From the NCBI RefSeq assembly GCF_006345805.1, contig NC_043007.1, positions 57,784,001-57,848,000 of the forward strand: a stretch of DNA of 64,000 nucleotides. Reading direction: 5' to 3'. The position numbers and the translations under genes are program-made. The notes under the pieces were generated by a model, which ran no database searches, had not been told where the DNA came from, and saw nothing but the letters and a program-made list of their open reading frames with translations. This document shows, in pieces, positions 36,605 to 51,301 of the stretch. Each line of letters begins with the position of its first letter. Within the stretch, counting starts at the first letter, position 1. The stretch comes from Octopus sinensis (taxonomy: Eukaryota).

Positions 36605-37770
36605 TCATCAGGCTGAGTAAAAAGTAAGCAACGTTTTGAAACATGAAATTCATCACAACGTATTTCAACAATGCGGAAATTTTATTCATCAAAGTAAGTA
36701 CCATTACAATCAACACATTTTTGCCAACGAATTTGTTTATTCCGGTAACATAAGAATCTGGAGTTCTGGTGCTGATGGACTCTTTGAACGCACTTCCAGC
36801 ATCCGTTTGATTTTTGAACTCATTCTCTCGCAGGAAACCATCAAGGTGCTTGAAAAAGTCGTAATCAATGGGAGACAGGTCTGGGCAGGGAAGAACTTCG
36901 TAGCGAAGTTCCCTTAACTTCTGGAGCGTCATTAGTGAAACGTGTGGTCGAGCATTGTCATGAAGAATGATTGGCCCCAATCTGGGATGGAGGAGTAGCA
37001 GTTTTTCGTTCATTTTGGTAATTTCATAGCAATATGTTTTCTGCAGTAATGGTTTTTCCTGGTTTTCAGAAATTATAGAGGATGAGTCCAGCAGTACACC
37101 ACCAAACTGTCACCATAACCTTTTTGAAGAGCTTGGATTTTAAGAAGGTTTTCGGTGCTTCATTTTGGTCCAACCAAACGTTTTTTATTATTGTACAGAA
37201 TCCACTTTTCATGGCAAGTTACAATACGGTCGAGAAATGGATTGGTCTGTTTCCGAAGAAGAAACGACGAGCAAATTTCGTATCTGCACATTTTCTGATT
37301 TTCATTCAAATTGAGTTTCCGATCGCATGCATATGGTTGCAGGCAGTTTTCAGGCTAGCTTGAAGTTCTTTTGCCAGGTCTCGAGTGGTTTTATGTGGAT
37401 CATTCTCAATGACGGTCTTTAATTGACCGTCATCGATGACAGATTGGCGTCCATTACTTTCATGATCTTCAAGACTCAGGTTTCCACTGCAAAATCGTTT
37501 AAACCATTTTCAAGGTGACCACTCACTGGTCATTTCTTCACCAAACGCTTTGTTGATATGCTTCACGTCCATTTTTGAAGTTGAATAACAAAATTGCTCA
37601 AATATCGCGCTTTGACAGTTCCATTTCTGATTAATGTAACAACGATGAAAAAATATCAATGTTAGTTTTTTTATGCATTTGGGCAAGTCTATGTCTGTAT
37701 TATCTGACAATTGCTAAAAATTGTTTTTAAACAATTCAAAACACTACAAAAGTCCGGTTTATTTTTCTTC
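36605..37770 (-). mobile_element. Degenerate mariner (DD34D) element
   Basis: ORF 36570-37013 with GPIILHDNARPH and PDLSPIDYDFFKHLD; upstream WDQNEAPK and CNE.W-like remnants. Confidence 0.85.
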
Positions 37771-39292
37771 ACCCTTACTTTTGCTTTATTTATTCTTTCT
37801 TTCTTTATCCTTAATTTATATTATGACCTCTCCCTACTTCCCACTGCTCTAAGCCTACTATAATAAAATATCACCTATACCCCAATCCAGTCTACCTATG
37901 AATAAGTCTAGCAGACTCCTTTCTCATCCAGGTCACTGACCTTAAATATCCTATTACACACTTTCAAGAACTATATTCTTAATCTCAACGGCCAATTTAG
38001 TTGGTCATTTTCCCATTTCATAGTTGGCCTCGACAGACTTCAGCCACATCCCTGCTGTATTCTTGGGACATTCTTTTGTTTGTAAAATTACATTTCATCT
38101 GATGATTACGGTTTTTTTCTAATGGAGTAATGTTCTCATTCTATTAAAAAATTACGCAGGAAACAGCTGTAATGAGCTGGTAATTATTCATTGTCTGTTA
38201 TTATTCGTTTGATTATAATACACCAGGCAGATTTATGACTTGTCGGACACCCCAGAGTATACCAACAACGTACTAATCAAAGTAACGCGTAATTTGGATC
38301 AGCCCTTAGGGGCTAAATACTCATAGGGTTGGTTTTCTCTGTGTATACAACCGAAATATTCTATTTCATACTTACCAACCATAGACCGGAACCATAGAGA
38401 TTATCCAACACTACCTGGTGCATATCTTTTCAAGTACCTGATTTTTTCTGAATCCTTATTTTACAGTAGGTGTGTGTGAATGCGTGTGCGTGTGCAGGTG
38501 TGTGTGTATAATGATCTCATGTGATCGGACAAATTTGGTGAATGACAGTGTAATCGATATTACTAATCGTTGCTACATATTGGTCATCCATATTCAAGTC
38601 GAACTTTTACTGCCACAAGCTCTCCGCCAGGATTTAAATTCTAGAACACAACAGGCAAAATACTAATTTTATTCTCGTCTTGCCTTCCGTATAAAGCCTG
38701 TACAACCAACAATAGCAATAACAGAGAGAACAATTTTAAACAGTAGCTACAAGAATTACAAAACCGAGGCAACTAAGCATAATAAATAAATATGATGATA
38801 GATGCAACAATACATCAGTAGCAACAGAGCAGACTATACTAAACATAGTCATCATCATCATCATCATCATCGTCGTCGTCGTCGTCGTCATCATCATCAT
38901 CATCATCATCACCATCATCATCGTCATCACCACCACCACCACCACCAACACCACTGTCGTCAGGGTCATTATCATCTTCATTAACCATCATATTCATCGC
39001 CAAATCTATCTTAATCGTCATTATGGCCGTCTTCGTTTTTCTTTCTTCATCTGTTCATCTTCTTTTACTCCTCCACCACTTCCCCGGTCCTCTCTCTACT
39101 TCATTTACTCTTGCTCTCATTCCATTTTCTTTTTCCCCCATCGCATTCGTGTTCCTTTTCTCCACCGTCCGCATTCTTCTTCTTCTTCTTCTTCTTCTTC
39201 TTCTTCTTCTTCTTCTTCTTCTTCTTCTTCTTCTTCTTCTTCTTCTTCTTCTTCTTCTTCTTCTTCTTCTTCTTCTTCTTCTTCTTCTTTTC

Positions 39293-39327
<35 letters not shown>

Positions 39328-39853
39328 TATCATCATCACCGCCGTTGTTGTCAACATCCTCCTTGTCGTCATCACCATTGTCAAGATCAAATATTTTCTT
39401 CTTTTCTTCCTTGCATCTTCTTCGTTCTCATCTTTTTTCACGTCATTTTCTTCTTAATCTTCATCTTCTTCATAACCTTCTTTTTCTTCAGCATCATCTT
39501 TTTCATATTCTGTCTTTTCTTTCTTCATTTCCTTTTTCGTCTTCTTTTTCCTTCCTCTTATTTATCCTCATCTTTTGTACTTGATAAGTGACGGCGAATT
39601 AGTGAACCGTCAACCAAAAAGAAAAAAAAAACATTCAATTCTGACTGACTACACACGTGGCCACGGAGCCATTTATTACAAACACACACGCACACTCATA
39701 CACACACAGATGCACACGCACGCACATGCACGCATAAGCAGACACCATCACACACGGTCACACACACACACACAAATACACATGGACACGCACATATATT
39801 GTTTAATAGCGAAAGGCAAACAGTATGTGTGTGGTGGAGTGTAAAATGGCGTA

Positions 39854-39917
<64 letters not shown>

Positions 39918-40941
39918 GTAAATAATACAAAAGAATGGGAGTTAATAAATAACTAGATAAATAAAAATAAGTAAACAAATCAATAAAGAGATAAATAAAA
40001 TAACGTTTGAAGAAGCAGGGACAATATGTCGGACTGGTCGTTCGTTCGGTTATCACCATCTGGTCCGAGTTGGCATAAGACAAGTTAACAACTCTCGGGA
40101 GTTTAGCGGCTTTTCAACTGCGTGGATAGCAATACACCGCGTTTATTTAGCCATCACACATATAGAATAATACATCAGCGAAAATAATGTCTAATGATTC
40201 ACCTCCACCACTTACACCAGCCATTCACCAGCAACTGACACAATCATCATAAAACAACACTATAACCGCCGCCGTGTTATTGCTATAACCGACTCTGTCA
40301 CCAGTACCGACACCTCCGCTGTCGTTGCCGCCACCGCCGCTACCACCACGTCATCGGCGTTGCGTTGTCTTCGTCTCCTGTCGTTGCCGTCGTCGTTCTG
40401 TCGTCTTCGCCATCGTCGTCGTCGTCATCATTATCATCGTCATCATCATCATCCAAAGCCTCGCAACTGCAACACCAATATCACCATCATGTGTAAAACC
40501 ATCATCATCATTTCCACCACCACCACCACCACTACCACCACCACTACAATCGCTACTGCTGACAACAACAAAATATAACATCAATAACATTCATGAGATA
40601 ATGAGGGACCTACTACGTGGTCACTCGATTTGCCCAAAATAGCAGCCATGTATCGCTCAACTCATACACTACATACTTTAATAAAGAAAAAAAATATCCA
40701 TCAACAATGTCACATCTACATCATATATATATACATATATACCCCTATTTGTTTCAGTCATTTGACTGCGGCCATGCTAGAGCATCGCATTTAGTGGAGC
40801 AAATCGACCCTAGGACTTACTCCGTGTAAGCGTAGTACTTATTCTGTTTTTTCTGTTTTGCCGAACCGCTAAGTTACGGGGACGTAAATACATCGTTTCA
40901 TGCGATGGTGGGGGACAAACACAGACACACAAGCATATATG

Positions 40942-41003
<62 letters not shown>

Positions 41004-41010
41004 ATATATA

Positions 41011-41070
<60 letters not shown>

Positions 41071-41171
41071 GTTAATCCAAACAAGAAAGCAAAAACAAAA
41101 AAAACAACAACGCAAGGATGTGGAACAAATAAAGTATTATTGGACGCTCAGGAAAGAAGGGAAGAATGAGG

Positions 41172-41206
41172 GTTTGACGTTTCGAGCGGAGCTCTTCATC
41201 GGAAAC
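41172..41206 (-). ncRNA. Minimal type I hammerhead, U4C core variant
   Basis: GTTT-CCGATGA-A-GAGC(TCC)GCTC-GAA-ACGT-C-AAAC. Same motif at 42561-42595; a variant (CCGACGA, GUU) at 49421-49455. Confidence 0.75.
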
Positions 41207-41289
41207 ATAGGAGAAGGAAAGATCCCGAGAAGGGAAGACAGGAGAAAAAAATCGCTAGTGATACAGACGAGGTCATATATATATATATA

Positions 41290-42380
41290 TAGCAGAGTTA
41301 CCCGCCGTTGCCCTTGTTACATTCAATTGAAGAATTAGACTTTTCTGTTATATTTTCTGTAACGAACTGGAATATCTATGTTTCGAATTTCATCAAAATT
41401 GCAGATGAGGGTTATTTCCCTATATACATACCCTAAAAAAATTGTAATCGTGCCACATATATCCCATACTACTGATTTCTATGCGCATATTCTAAAATTC
41501 CAGTCTTATTGAACCTGTTAAAAAGATTTTGCACCTGAAAAATGAAGGTCATGGAGCTCTAAAATGTGAGAGTTTTAAGGCCCCTGTGGGAGTGGGCATC
41601 TAATGTCAAGTAGAGAAGTTGAATTGTTGAGAATCTTTTTAACTTGGGTCTTATATCTATTGTTTGGATTTCTTTGAAATAGGAAATATATGTTCACTGG
41701 TTTGTAAAAGAGAGCAAAGCTACAGGAAACCAAAAGACGAATGATCACAATAAGCAATCAGCTACCCTACCCAAGTCGTTACCACTCCCAGTGTAGGATT
41801 CCTCACCATCCAGGTGACAGGCACAGCCGTAAGATGCATTACGAATGTATGGCAATTGGAAGGGCATGATCCAACTGAAATAAACATTAACAACTGTGTG
41901 ACGTGAGGGCTAAGGAGAAATGAAAGTGTCAACTCTGGAGTTTGCAAATGACCACTATACTGATACGTAACTGGACAGAATAAATTTACAATCTATAAAT
42001 GTCCCTGAATACGGAGTCACTCATCTGGGAAGCCTTGAAATCAATGTTACCATCTGGGGACTATATGTGACCTAGTGATAATAAAAAGACTGAAAGAAGT
42101 CTGCAATCAAATAACTTTACTCAACACTTTGCAACTGAATCAGTGGAGGCAAAGATGACTCTCATTTACTTGACAATTATGCACCACATTGTAGAAATCA
42201 CAATGTAAGTGTATGTCAAAGCAAACTGTTACACTGTTGTACTATTGAATTACAAATAATGCTCATCTTTTATTTTCGGGACCCTACAGCTTCCAAAAAG
42301 ATCGATTCAGTACTTTTGACCTAGTTTTGGATCATAAAAGAAATTACTAAAATTTGGGAGTTAAGGCTCCCATTAGGGTG
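41290..42380 (-). mobile_element. Helitron-like non-autonomous element (second copy ~42678-43772)
   Basis: Minus-strand 3' end GGGCAACGGCGGGTAACTCTGCTA resembles a Helitron hairpin plus CTAG; 5' end lies in (TA)n. An internally deleted relative lies on the plus strand at ~47880-48060. Confidence 0.5.
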
Positions 42381-42465
<85 letters not shown>

Positions 42466-43772
42466 ATCCAAACAAGAAAGCAAAAACAAAAAAAACAACA
42501 ACGCAAGGATGTGGAACAATAAAGTATTATTGGACGCTCAGGAAAGAAGGAAGAATGAGGGTTTGACGTTTCGAGCGGAGCTCTTCATCGGAAACATAGG
42601 AGAAGGAAGATCCCGAGAAGGGAAGACAGGAGAAAAAAATCGCTAGTGATACAGACGAGGTCATATATATATATTATAGCAGAGTTACCCGCCGTTGCCC
42701 TTGTTACATTCAATTGAAGAATTAGACTTTTCTGTTATATTTTCTGTAACGAACTGGAATATCTATGTTTCGAATTTCATCAAAATTGCAGATGAGGGTT
42801 ATTTCCCTATATACATACCCTAAAAAAATTGTAATCGTGCCACATATATCCCATACTACTGATTTCTATGCGCATATTCTAAAATTCCAGTCTTATTGAA
42901 CCTGTTAAAAAGATTTTGCACCTGAAAAATGAAGGTCATGGAGCTCTAAAATGTGAGAGTTTTAAGGCCCCTGTTGGGAGTGGGCATCTTAATGTCAAGT
43001 AGAGAAGTTGAATTGTTGAGAATCTTTTTAACTTGGGTCTTATATCTATTGTTTGGATTTCTTTGAAATAGGAAATATATGTTCACTGGTTTGTAAAAGA
43101 GAGCAAAGCTACAGGAAACCAAAAGACGAATGATCACAATAAGCAATCAGCTACCCTACCCAAGTCGTTACCACTCCCAGTGTAGGATTCCTCACCATCC
43201 AGGTGACAGGCACAGCCGTAAGATGCATTACGAATGTATGGCAATTGGAAGGGCATGATCCAACTGAAATAAACATTAACAACTGTGTGACGTGAGGGCT
43301 AAGGAGAAATGAAAGTGTCAACTCTGGAGTTTGCAAATGACCACTATACTGATACGTAACTGGACAGAATAAATTTACAATCTATAAATGTCCCTGAATA
43401 CGGAGTCACTCATCTGGGAAGCCTTGAAATCAATGTTACCATCTGGGGACTATATGTGACCTAGTGATAATAAAAAGACTGAAAGAAGTCTGCAATCAAA
43501 TAACTTTACTCAACACTTTGCAACTGAATCAGTGGAGGCAAAGATGACTCTCATTTACTTGACAATTTATGCACCACATTGTAGAAATCACAATGTAAGT
43601 GTATGTCAAAGCAAACTGTTACACTGTTGTACTATTGAATTACAAATAATGCTCATCTTTTATTTTCGGGGAACCCTACAGCTTCCAAAAAGATCGATTC
43701 AGTACTTTTGACCTAGTTTTGGATCATAAAAGAAATTACTAAAATTTGGGAGTTAAGGCTCCCATTAGGGTG

Positions 43773-43825
<53 letters not shown>

Positions 43826-44807
43826 AGATAGATAGATATAGATATATATACACACACATACACAAACACACACACACACACAAGGATAAATTGATAGATA
43901 CAGCTGAGTGGGTAAACAAAAATATGAGACACAGGCTAATGCTTTTTTATGTTGATAAGCCTGGTACTTATTCTATTAGTTTGTTCTTGTGAAACCAGTA
44001 AGTTATGTGAATAAAACGGTAATGCAAAATTCCAATTTCAGTTGGGTACTCTTATGAATGTATGTATGTATGTATGTATGTATGTTTGTATATATGTATG
44101 TATGTATATATATCTGTGTTTGTGTATGACTTTTAGTGGGACGCATACGTTGGATCTGACTAGTTGTTGAGCTTGAAGTTATTAAAGGGTCAGAAGATAC
44201 AACACAGATGAGGACCACAATGGAATGTTGCTCCCACATCTCGGACACTGGGGTTCCCTGACGGATTAGCATAAAATCACTCAGTTACATGCTCCAGCTT
44301 GTAGTCTAAAATGCCCTCTCTACTTTCTCTCCTTATTTTACAGTACTCTAAAGACCTCTGTTCCATTGACATGGCTTGATTACTTCTGCATCTATTCCTC
44401 ACTACTCCTGTATCTCCATCTAATCAAGTATTGCAGTCACTACTACATTTGGCTCTTTTTCAGAACGTCTACCTCCTGGAACTTTCTCTTGTAGTCGTTC
44501 CTTATATATATATATATATGGATTTCGTAGAAAGAAACTTAAAGAAATCAATAGTGTATATATGTATGTATTTAAGTGTATGTGTGTGACTTTGTTTCTG
44601 TGTTTCGCCCTCATCACTGCTTCACAACTGCTGTTCGTCTATTTACATCCCCATAACTTTCTGGTTTCACAAGATGAAACTAATAGAATAAGTAGTAGGC
44701 TTATCAACATAAAAAAAGTACTAGGCTGTGTCTCATATTTTTGTTTGCCCTCTCAGTTGTATCTATCAATTTATCTTTGTGTGTGTGTGTATATATATAT
44801 ATATATT

Positions 44808-45187
44808 GTTGTATTTAGGAATGGTCATTTCGCCAGTTTAGCCAATAAAAACACACGCACTATATTTTTGGTGTTACTTTGCTTCAGCTTTATTTGTTTT
44901 TTACATTAATCTTAATCTTATTTCGGCCAGAGTTCTTTCGTCACACTCCTGTGACCGCATCACTGGTCCTTTCTTCTTTCTTATTTGTGTGTTTCTCCGT
45001 ACTAACGGTCAGTCATTTTGTATTTTGTATTTCTATTGTATGTGTCTTCATTTGCGCATGCGAATACCTCTATGTATGTATATGTTTAGTTAGTGTGTGT
45101 GTGGGGGGAGTGTCTGTAATATTTGTATCTCCTGTTTATATACATCTGTGTAATTTTTTTTTATTTTGTTCATGTGTTTACACCTAC

Positions 45188-45241
<54 letters not shown>

Positions 45242-45244
45242 TAT

Positions 45245-45315
<71 letters not shown>

Positions 45316-47575
45316 AAAAAATATGTATATAGTTATTTACTTTCATTTATTTATTTATCTGTATTTTATTTTATTATGTTCTCAGTTTTGTTTATATTGT
45401 AACCAGTTAATGGGGATGCTCTTCTGTCATATGCTGTGGTGTGTGCTAGTGTTCCATTCCAGTTTCCAATTCAGGCTAGGTTTATCTTCTATTATGCGTT
45501 TAGCTTCAGTAATTTGTCTGATTGTTGCGTCTGTTCTATGTGTGGACAAGATTTTAACTTCTATGTTGTTGATTGAGCCCCCGTGTTCCTACTCGGCGTG
45601 TTGGTACAGAACCGATGAGCTCTTTCCTTCCTTAAGTTCTCTCCAATGTCCATTTACCCGCTCTCTTATGCTCCGTGCCGTTTCCCCTACGTATGTCATT
45701 GTCTTGTTACTGCATCGTCCCTCTATACATCTTATACTATAGACTACATTTCTGGCTTTACAGTTTGTTTGTGGGCTAAATCTACACACAGTACAGTTCC
45801 TGTCCGTACAGGGGGTTCTACTAAAAGGGTAGGTTCTACCGATTATGGATTTGATAGGGTTGCCTGGCCTTTCAACAACCTTAATCCTTAGCTTAAATTT
45901 GTCTAGGGTCCTTCTAAAGCGGTACGCCAGTTCAGCTCTAGGGGTGGTGTCGACGAACATAACACTCTGGTATTTGTGGCTATCATACCAAGAGTTGGCC
46001 TTCCCTATTTTCTTTTTTGTCCTTTCAATAGTGTTCGATGACTTGCTCGTATAAAGTGGGCAAATCCCATTCCTATCATTACATAAGATAGTATCAAATT
46101 TCTTCATGGCTCCTTTGTATACTCTGATCCTTTCTTGATGGCTGTAACCTGAGAACTGCATGCGGTCAACGAAATGCTGTATGTATCTCTTTAACTCTGT
46201 AGGCTCGCACATGCGGGACACATTTCGCATTATTCTGACGAGGTCTGCAATCAAAATATTGAATTTGGCATTGTCCGCGATAGCTGAGTTCCGATGGATC
46301 AAGTATTTGGAGGCCATAGGTTTGGCATAGTACGAATGAAGGATTCGGATTTAATTATTCTCAGTTTCTATCCAGAGTTCTGTGTCTAGTACTGGTTGTC
46401 TATGGTTAGGGTGTTTAGTAGGGTTGTCTATCGTGACCTTAATACTCTGGTGGATGGAGTTAGCTATTTGCTGAATGCTCTCCATAGTACTAGTTTCTAT
46501 TTCTATTTCAAGAGTACATGTTCACGAGTATGGAGTTCTGTGTTAGGCGTTCCTTAAGCCTTCTGTCCCACCATACCATGAAAAGGTTGGTCACGTCACC
46601 GGTGATACTAACGCTGATGGCTGCCCCCTCGTCCTAGGCATATATTTTATTGCTAAAGTTAAACGTGTGGCCTTTTAGGGTAACTGTTATACTAGCTCCT
46701 AGTGAGATCATTCTCTTTACCTGATGGACATTTGCGGGGGTCTGTATGGCTCTGGTCCATCCGCTCCATCTCTCTATATGGGTCTTCCTAGCCATAGAAG
46801 TAATTGTGGGTGGTCTATCTCTTAAACGTCTACTGGGGCAGAAACTACTAAGATCATGTTTATCTAGGTAATCGTTGTCATATGTCAGTCTAAGTAGGAG
46901 GCCCAGTTCCTCTGTATTGACATTTGCTGAACTCCACCTCGCTCTCGTTGATCATCTTCACGCACTCTCCACCGCAAAATCCACGTCGATCGATGGGTAT
47001 AGGGATACCACATCCATGCTACCCACCTAACATCCTGTCAGGTCACAAGTGTTGCTACAGTCGTTGATCCTGCTGAGGAGATCTTCCGTGCTGTCACAAA
47101 CATTAGGTGACATCCGGATTATAGTGCGTATGATCATTGAGAGGAAGTAGGAGATGCTGTAGTTGCTAGCGATATTCGCTCCACAGACTGGTCTTGTTGG
47201 TGGTCCTGCTACAGGGTCAGTGGTTACTTTATGGTCCTTGTGAAGTCCATACAGTGCCGGGATATCGTTGTTCCATGCTTGGAAATTGTTAGCTGTGCGT
47301 TTGTGGGGTCCAAGAACAATTGTCCACATCATCATGTGGGCGTTGAGGACCTTTTCTCTCTCCTCATGCGCCTGTAAAGAGACACACAAATAAGAAAGCA
47401 AAGGACCACTGATGCGGTCACAGGAGTGTTACGAAAGAACTCTGGCCGAAATAAGATTAAGATTAATGTAGAAAATAATAACGCTGAAGCTAAGTAACAC
47501 CAAATATATATAGTGCGTGTGTTTTTATTGGCTAAACTGGCAAAATGACCATTCCTAAATACAACACTATCTGTT
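44808..47575 (-). mobile_element. Penelope-like element (Nematis-like), decayed, with an inverted 5' pLTR
   Basis: LYGLHKDHK..PTRPVCGA, SMDVVSLYPSID, GAAISVSITGDVTNLFMVWWD, YAKPMASKYLIHRNSA, and EN NVVYSIRC..C..YVGETARSIRERVNGH. ~200-bp inverted repeats at 44808-45005 and 47372-47575. Confidence 0.85.
47403..47447 (+). ncRNA. Hammerhead-like motif in the Nematis pLTR (A9C variant)
   Basis: GGACCA-CTGATGC-G-GTCAC(AGGAGT)GTTAC-GAA-AGAACT-C-TGGCC. The mirror copy at 44925-44969 has GTGATGC and a perfect GTCAC/GTGAC stem II. Confidence 0.6.
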
Positions 47576-47622
47576 TCAATACACGATTTCACATCAAAAT
47601 ATTGCAAAACAAATATATAAAC

Positions 47623-47672
<50 letters not shown>

Positions 47673-48059
47673 TAGGAAATTGGGAAATTATATTCTATGC
47701 ATAAGGGAAACCCTAACCCCCATGACAATTTATATATTTTTGCTGTTGATGAAACTTTAACCATACATATTACATACAAATGAAGTAATGTTTATAAAAT
47801 GTCATCTTCTTACAAGTTACAAAGACCCCTTCATGGGGACTTAACACCCACAATTTAGTCATTTTATCTAAGCAAAGACGAATACAGTTGTACTCTTGGA
47901 AGCTGTCGGGTCACCCGAGCATAAAAGATGAGCATTATTTGTAATTCAATTGTATAACAGTGTACCTAGTGAAAAAGATTCTCAACAATTCAACTTCTCT
48001 GGTTGACATTAACACGCCCACCCCCAAAGGGGCCTTAACACTCGTATTTCAGAGCTCCA

Positions 48060-48386
48060 AATTTTACACATGCCTTACTTAGGGTCCATGGAGTGTCATG
48101 GGCAAAAGAAATTTTTAACTTTTTGCCTAGGGCGAGCCCATTGCAATATCATATCCTCTCCACTATGAATCCCTAAAACTTGAGAACTACATAACCAATT
48201 TCATTCAAATTTTATACATGCCTTACTTAGGATCCCTGTAGTGTCATAGGCAAAAAAAAATGTTTAACTTCTTGCCTAGGACGAGCCCACAGCAATATCA
48301 TATCTTCTCCACTATTTCAGTATTACGTGTTAAAAGTGAAACAAAAACATCTTACTATTGTAATCTATATATTATAAAACCGAGAA

Positions 48387-48417
<31 letters not shown>

Positions 48418-48620
48418 GTGAATCCCTAAAACTTGAGAACTATACAACCAATTTCATTCAAATTCTACACATGCCTTACTTAGGATCCATGTAATGTCAT
48501 GGGTAAAAATATTTTAACTTCTAGCCTAGGGCAAACCCACAGCAATATCATATCTTCTCCCCTATATCAGTATTACGTGTTAAAAGTGAAACAAAAACAT
48601 CACTGTATTGTAATGTCAGA
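48060..48620 (+). mobile_element. Helitron-like repeat cluster with three ~110-190-bp subrepeats
   Basis: Repeated AATTTTACACATGCCTTACTTAGG..CCTAGGGCGAGCCCA unit. A TCTATATTATAAAA start followed by (GTCT)n at ~48364 is typical of a Helitron 5' end. Confidence 0.5.
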
Positions 48621-49251
48621 TGCTTTCACTTTAATAATGAAACTATTAAAGTCAAACTATCATATAAGAGGGATGAACCATTAACAATGGACATTCATCT
48701 TGCTAGAAGAAGATCCGCTATGGTCTTATATGCTACACCACTGGTTTTCAATTCATATTAATCAAATTAATATTCATTTCACCCTATAATTAAAATTAAG
48801 TTTACAACACACACACACACACACACACACACACCATATATATATATAATATATTATAATATATAATATATTATATATAGATGTATATATATGGATGTAT
48901 ATGGTGGCTGCCAACCTCATTATCGAGTATGGCCATTGCGCGAAGCTTAATCAATGTTATTATCGTGCAATGCTTGTGCAAGAAGGTTTTTTTTTAATGT
49001 GAGGAAAGGCTGTGCACTAAGTCAATCCCACTCACTAAGCAACAGCAGCCATAATCCGAAAAGAAGAACAAGTCGACAACATCGGTAACCATTGAGCCGC
49101 AGGTTTTATGTCGGAGTTATCTCAGTTACCAGAGTTAGCTTCTAGAAGGATGCCCTAACAAAGGTTAGGAGTCCTTCACTTCCAATGGTTTAACCGTGCG
49201 ATCGGGTAATCAGTCCGATTATTTCTATGTCCCCGCGCATGATACATCCTT

Positions 49252-49351
49252 NNNNNNNNNNNNNNNNNNNNNNNNNNNNNNNNNNNNNNNNNNNNNNNNN
49301 NNNNNNNNNNNNNNNNNNNNNNNNNNNNNNNNNNNNNNNNNNNNNNNNNNN
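49252..49351. other. Assembly gap (100 N)
   Basis: Run of N. Confidence 1.
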
Positions 49352-49694
49352 AACAACAACGTGAGGACGTGGAACAAATATAGTATTATTGGACGCTCAG
49401 GAAAGAAGGGAAGAAAGAGGGTTTAACGTTTCGGGCGGAACTCTTCGTCGGAAACATCGGAGAAGGAAAGATCCCGAGAAGGGAAGACAGAGGGAAAAAA
49501 TCGCCAATATGTAAGTATGTATGAATGTCTGTATGTATGTATGTATGTATGTATGTGTGTAGATATATCACGTGATATTTATATATTTATTTATTTATAT
49601 ATATATTTATACATACAGTGAAGCTTTACTATAGCGTCGTATATTATCGACTGCTATTTCTAGTGAATATTGGTGCTTTGTTGTACCAGTATCC

Positions 49695-49754
<60 letters not shown>

Positions 49755-50512
49755 GTAAATGTGAAAAAATACAAACTGGAACAAGAACGTGAAACATTTA
49801 GAAGACGATACAAAAAACACGGACATTCGAAGCCTTCAATCTTCAGTCAAGAACCGGATCATCTTCGCAATTTCGGCTGGCACCACTATACACATACCCA
49901 TACACACTGCTACCCTCACCGACACGCACCACTATACACACACCCATACACACTGTTCCACTCATCACTCACTTCACACACCACACATACACACATACAC
50001 ACACATAACACGCCTAAACACATAGACAAAGATAATTTTCGCCCGCATACATACACTTTACACATGCACTTTGGACACACACACATATACATGTGCACAC
50101 ACCACGTGAAAATGCACACAACAACTACTACACAAAAGGACACATACACACACACGTACACACACACACATTGCTCGCGCATACACACGTCAAGCCCACT
50201 CGCCCCCACACAAAAGCTTGCGCACTTCCTCTTGTTGGGATCACCATGAATTATCTCCCCTTCATTCAACCTCTCTTTATTATTATCCCCTTTCATTCAA
50301 TCTCTTTTTTTTTCCAATTATTCGCCATGGTGGACCACTGAATGCAACACGTTTCATTGAATCTCTATTTATTTCCTCTTATTCCTTTTCGTCGAAGAGC
50401 GTAAGCTCGAAAAATAAAAGTCTTTTCTATTTCTCCTGAGCGTTAAACTTATACATTTGTTTGTTGTTCCTACACCTGCCTTCGTCTTTGTTTTTCTATA
50501 AATTTGAACTAT

Positions 50513-50551
<39 letters not shown>

Positions 50552-51301
50552 CTATATATATATACAGAGAGAGGAAGAGAGAAGAGCAATACGAAAATGG
50601 AGAGGATTAATAGGTGGTATTCATCAACTTTTTGACATTATACTATGTCAATTTATTTATTTACTAAAAGGACAATTATAACAATATACATACATGTATA
50701 ACATGCTTTACATATATAATATATAAAATATCAGTAATTATTAAAGTATATAACATAGAGCAATAGAAATTGGGATAATATCTTACAGTTGTTTCAGCCA
50801 AGAGGCAATAATACCTCATTCTACTTTTATCCCTCCGGTACACTGAAGTAATTAGTAGATGTAATTGAGGTACTTGAGTGTTTCTCTAGGCATCGTCAAA
50901 TATTTTAGAAAATACATGAGGTTAAGTGATAAATATAAATACACACATATATACATACTTTTACATATACATACATATACAAAAATATACATAAATACAT
51001 ATACCTACACATAAATGTACATGCACATGTGTATGTATATGCATACACATGAATCAATTATTATTATTAGATGCATTATATTATTCATAATAGATAAAAT
51101 ATAAACAGAGGTATGAGAAAGTTATTATAAGAGGAGTAATATTGTAATTTATAAAATTAATATATCTTAAGATTATTTTAGTTGTGTAAGAATGAAAACT
51201 GTATATACATGAGGCAAACACAATATATGCCACATATACATACATACATACATACTATACTATATATTATATATATATATATCTATATAATATATATATA
51301 T

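Larger units (their letters stand above)
41071..43772. repeat. Tandem duplication, 2 x ~1391 bp (Neptune-type HHR tail plus Helitron-like repeat)
   Basis: Units start at 41071 and 42462; the differences seen are single-base homopolymer indels and (TA)n length. Confidence 0.9.

Noticed and set aside
44879-45742. 287-aa hydrophobic ORF suggesting a membrane protein
   Set aside because: Antisense to the Nematis PLE endonuclease and 3'UTR, plus (TTA)n and (AAT)n repeats.
50580-50880. Dispersed repeat (second copy ~60860-61150) with GAAA-CA(A/G)CTG-T-A on the minus strand, suggesting a hammerhead
   Set aside because: A palindromic stem III is present, but no CUGANGA core adjacent to a pairing stem I could be built.
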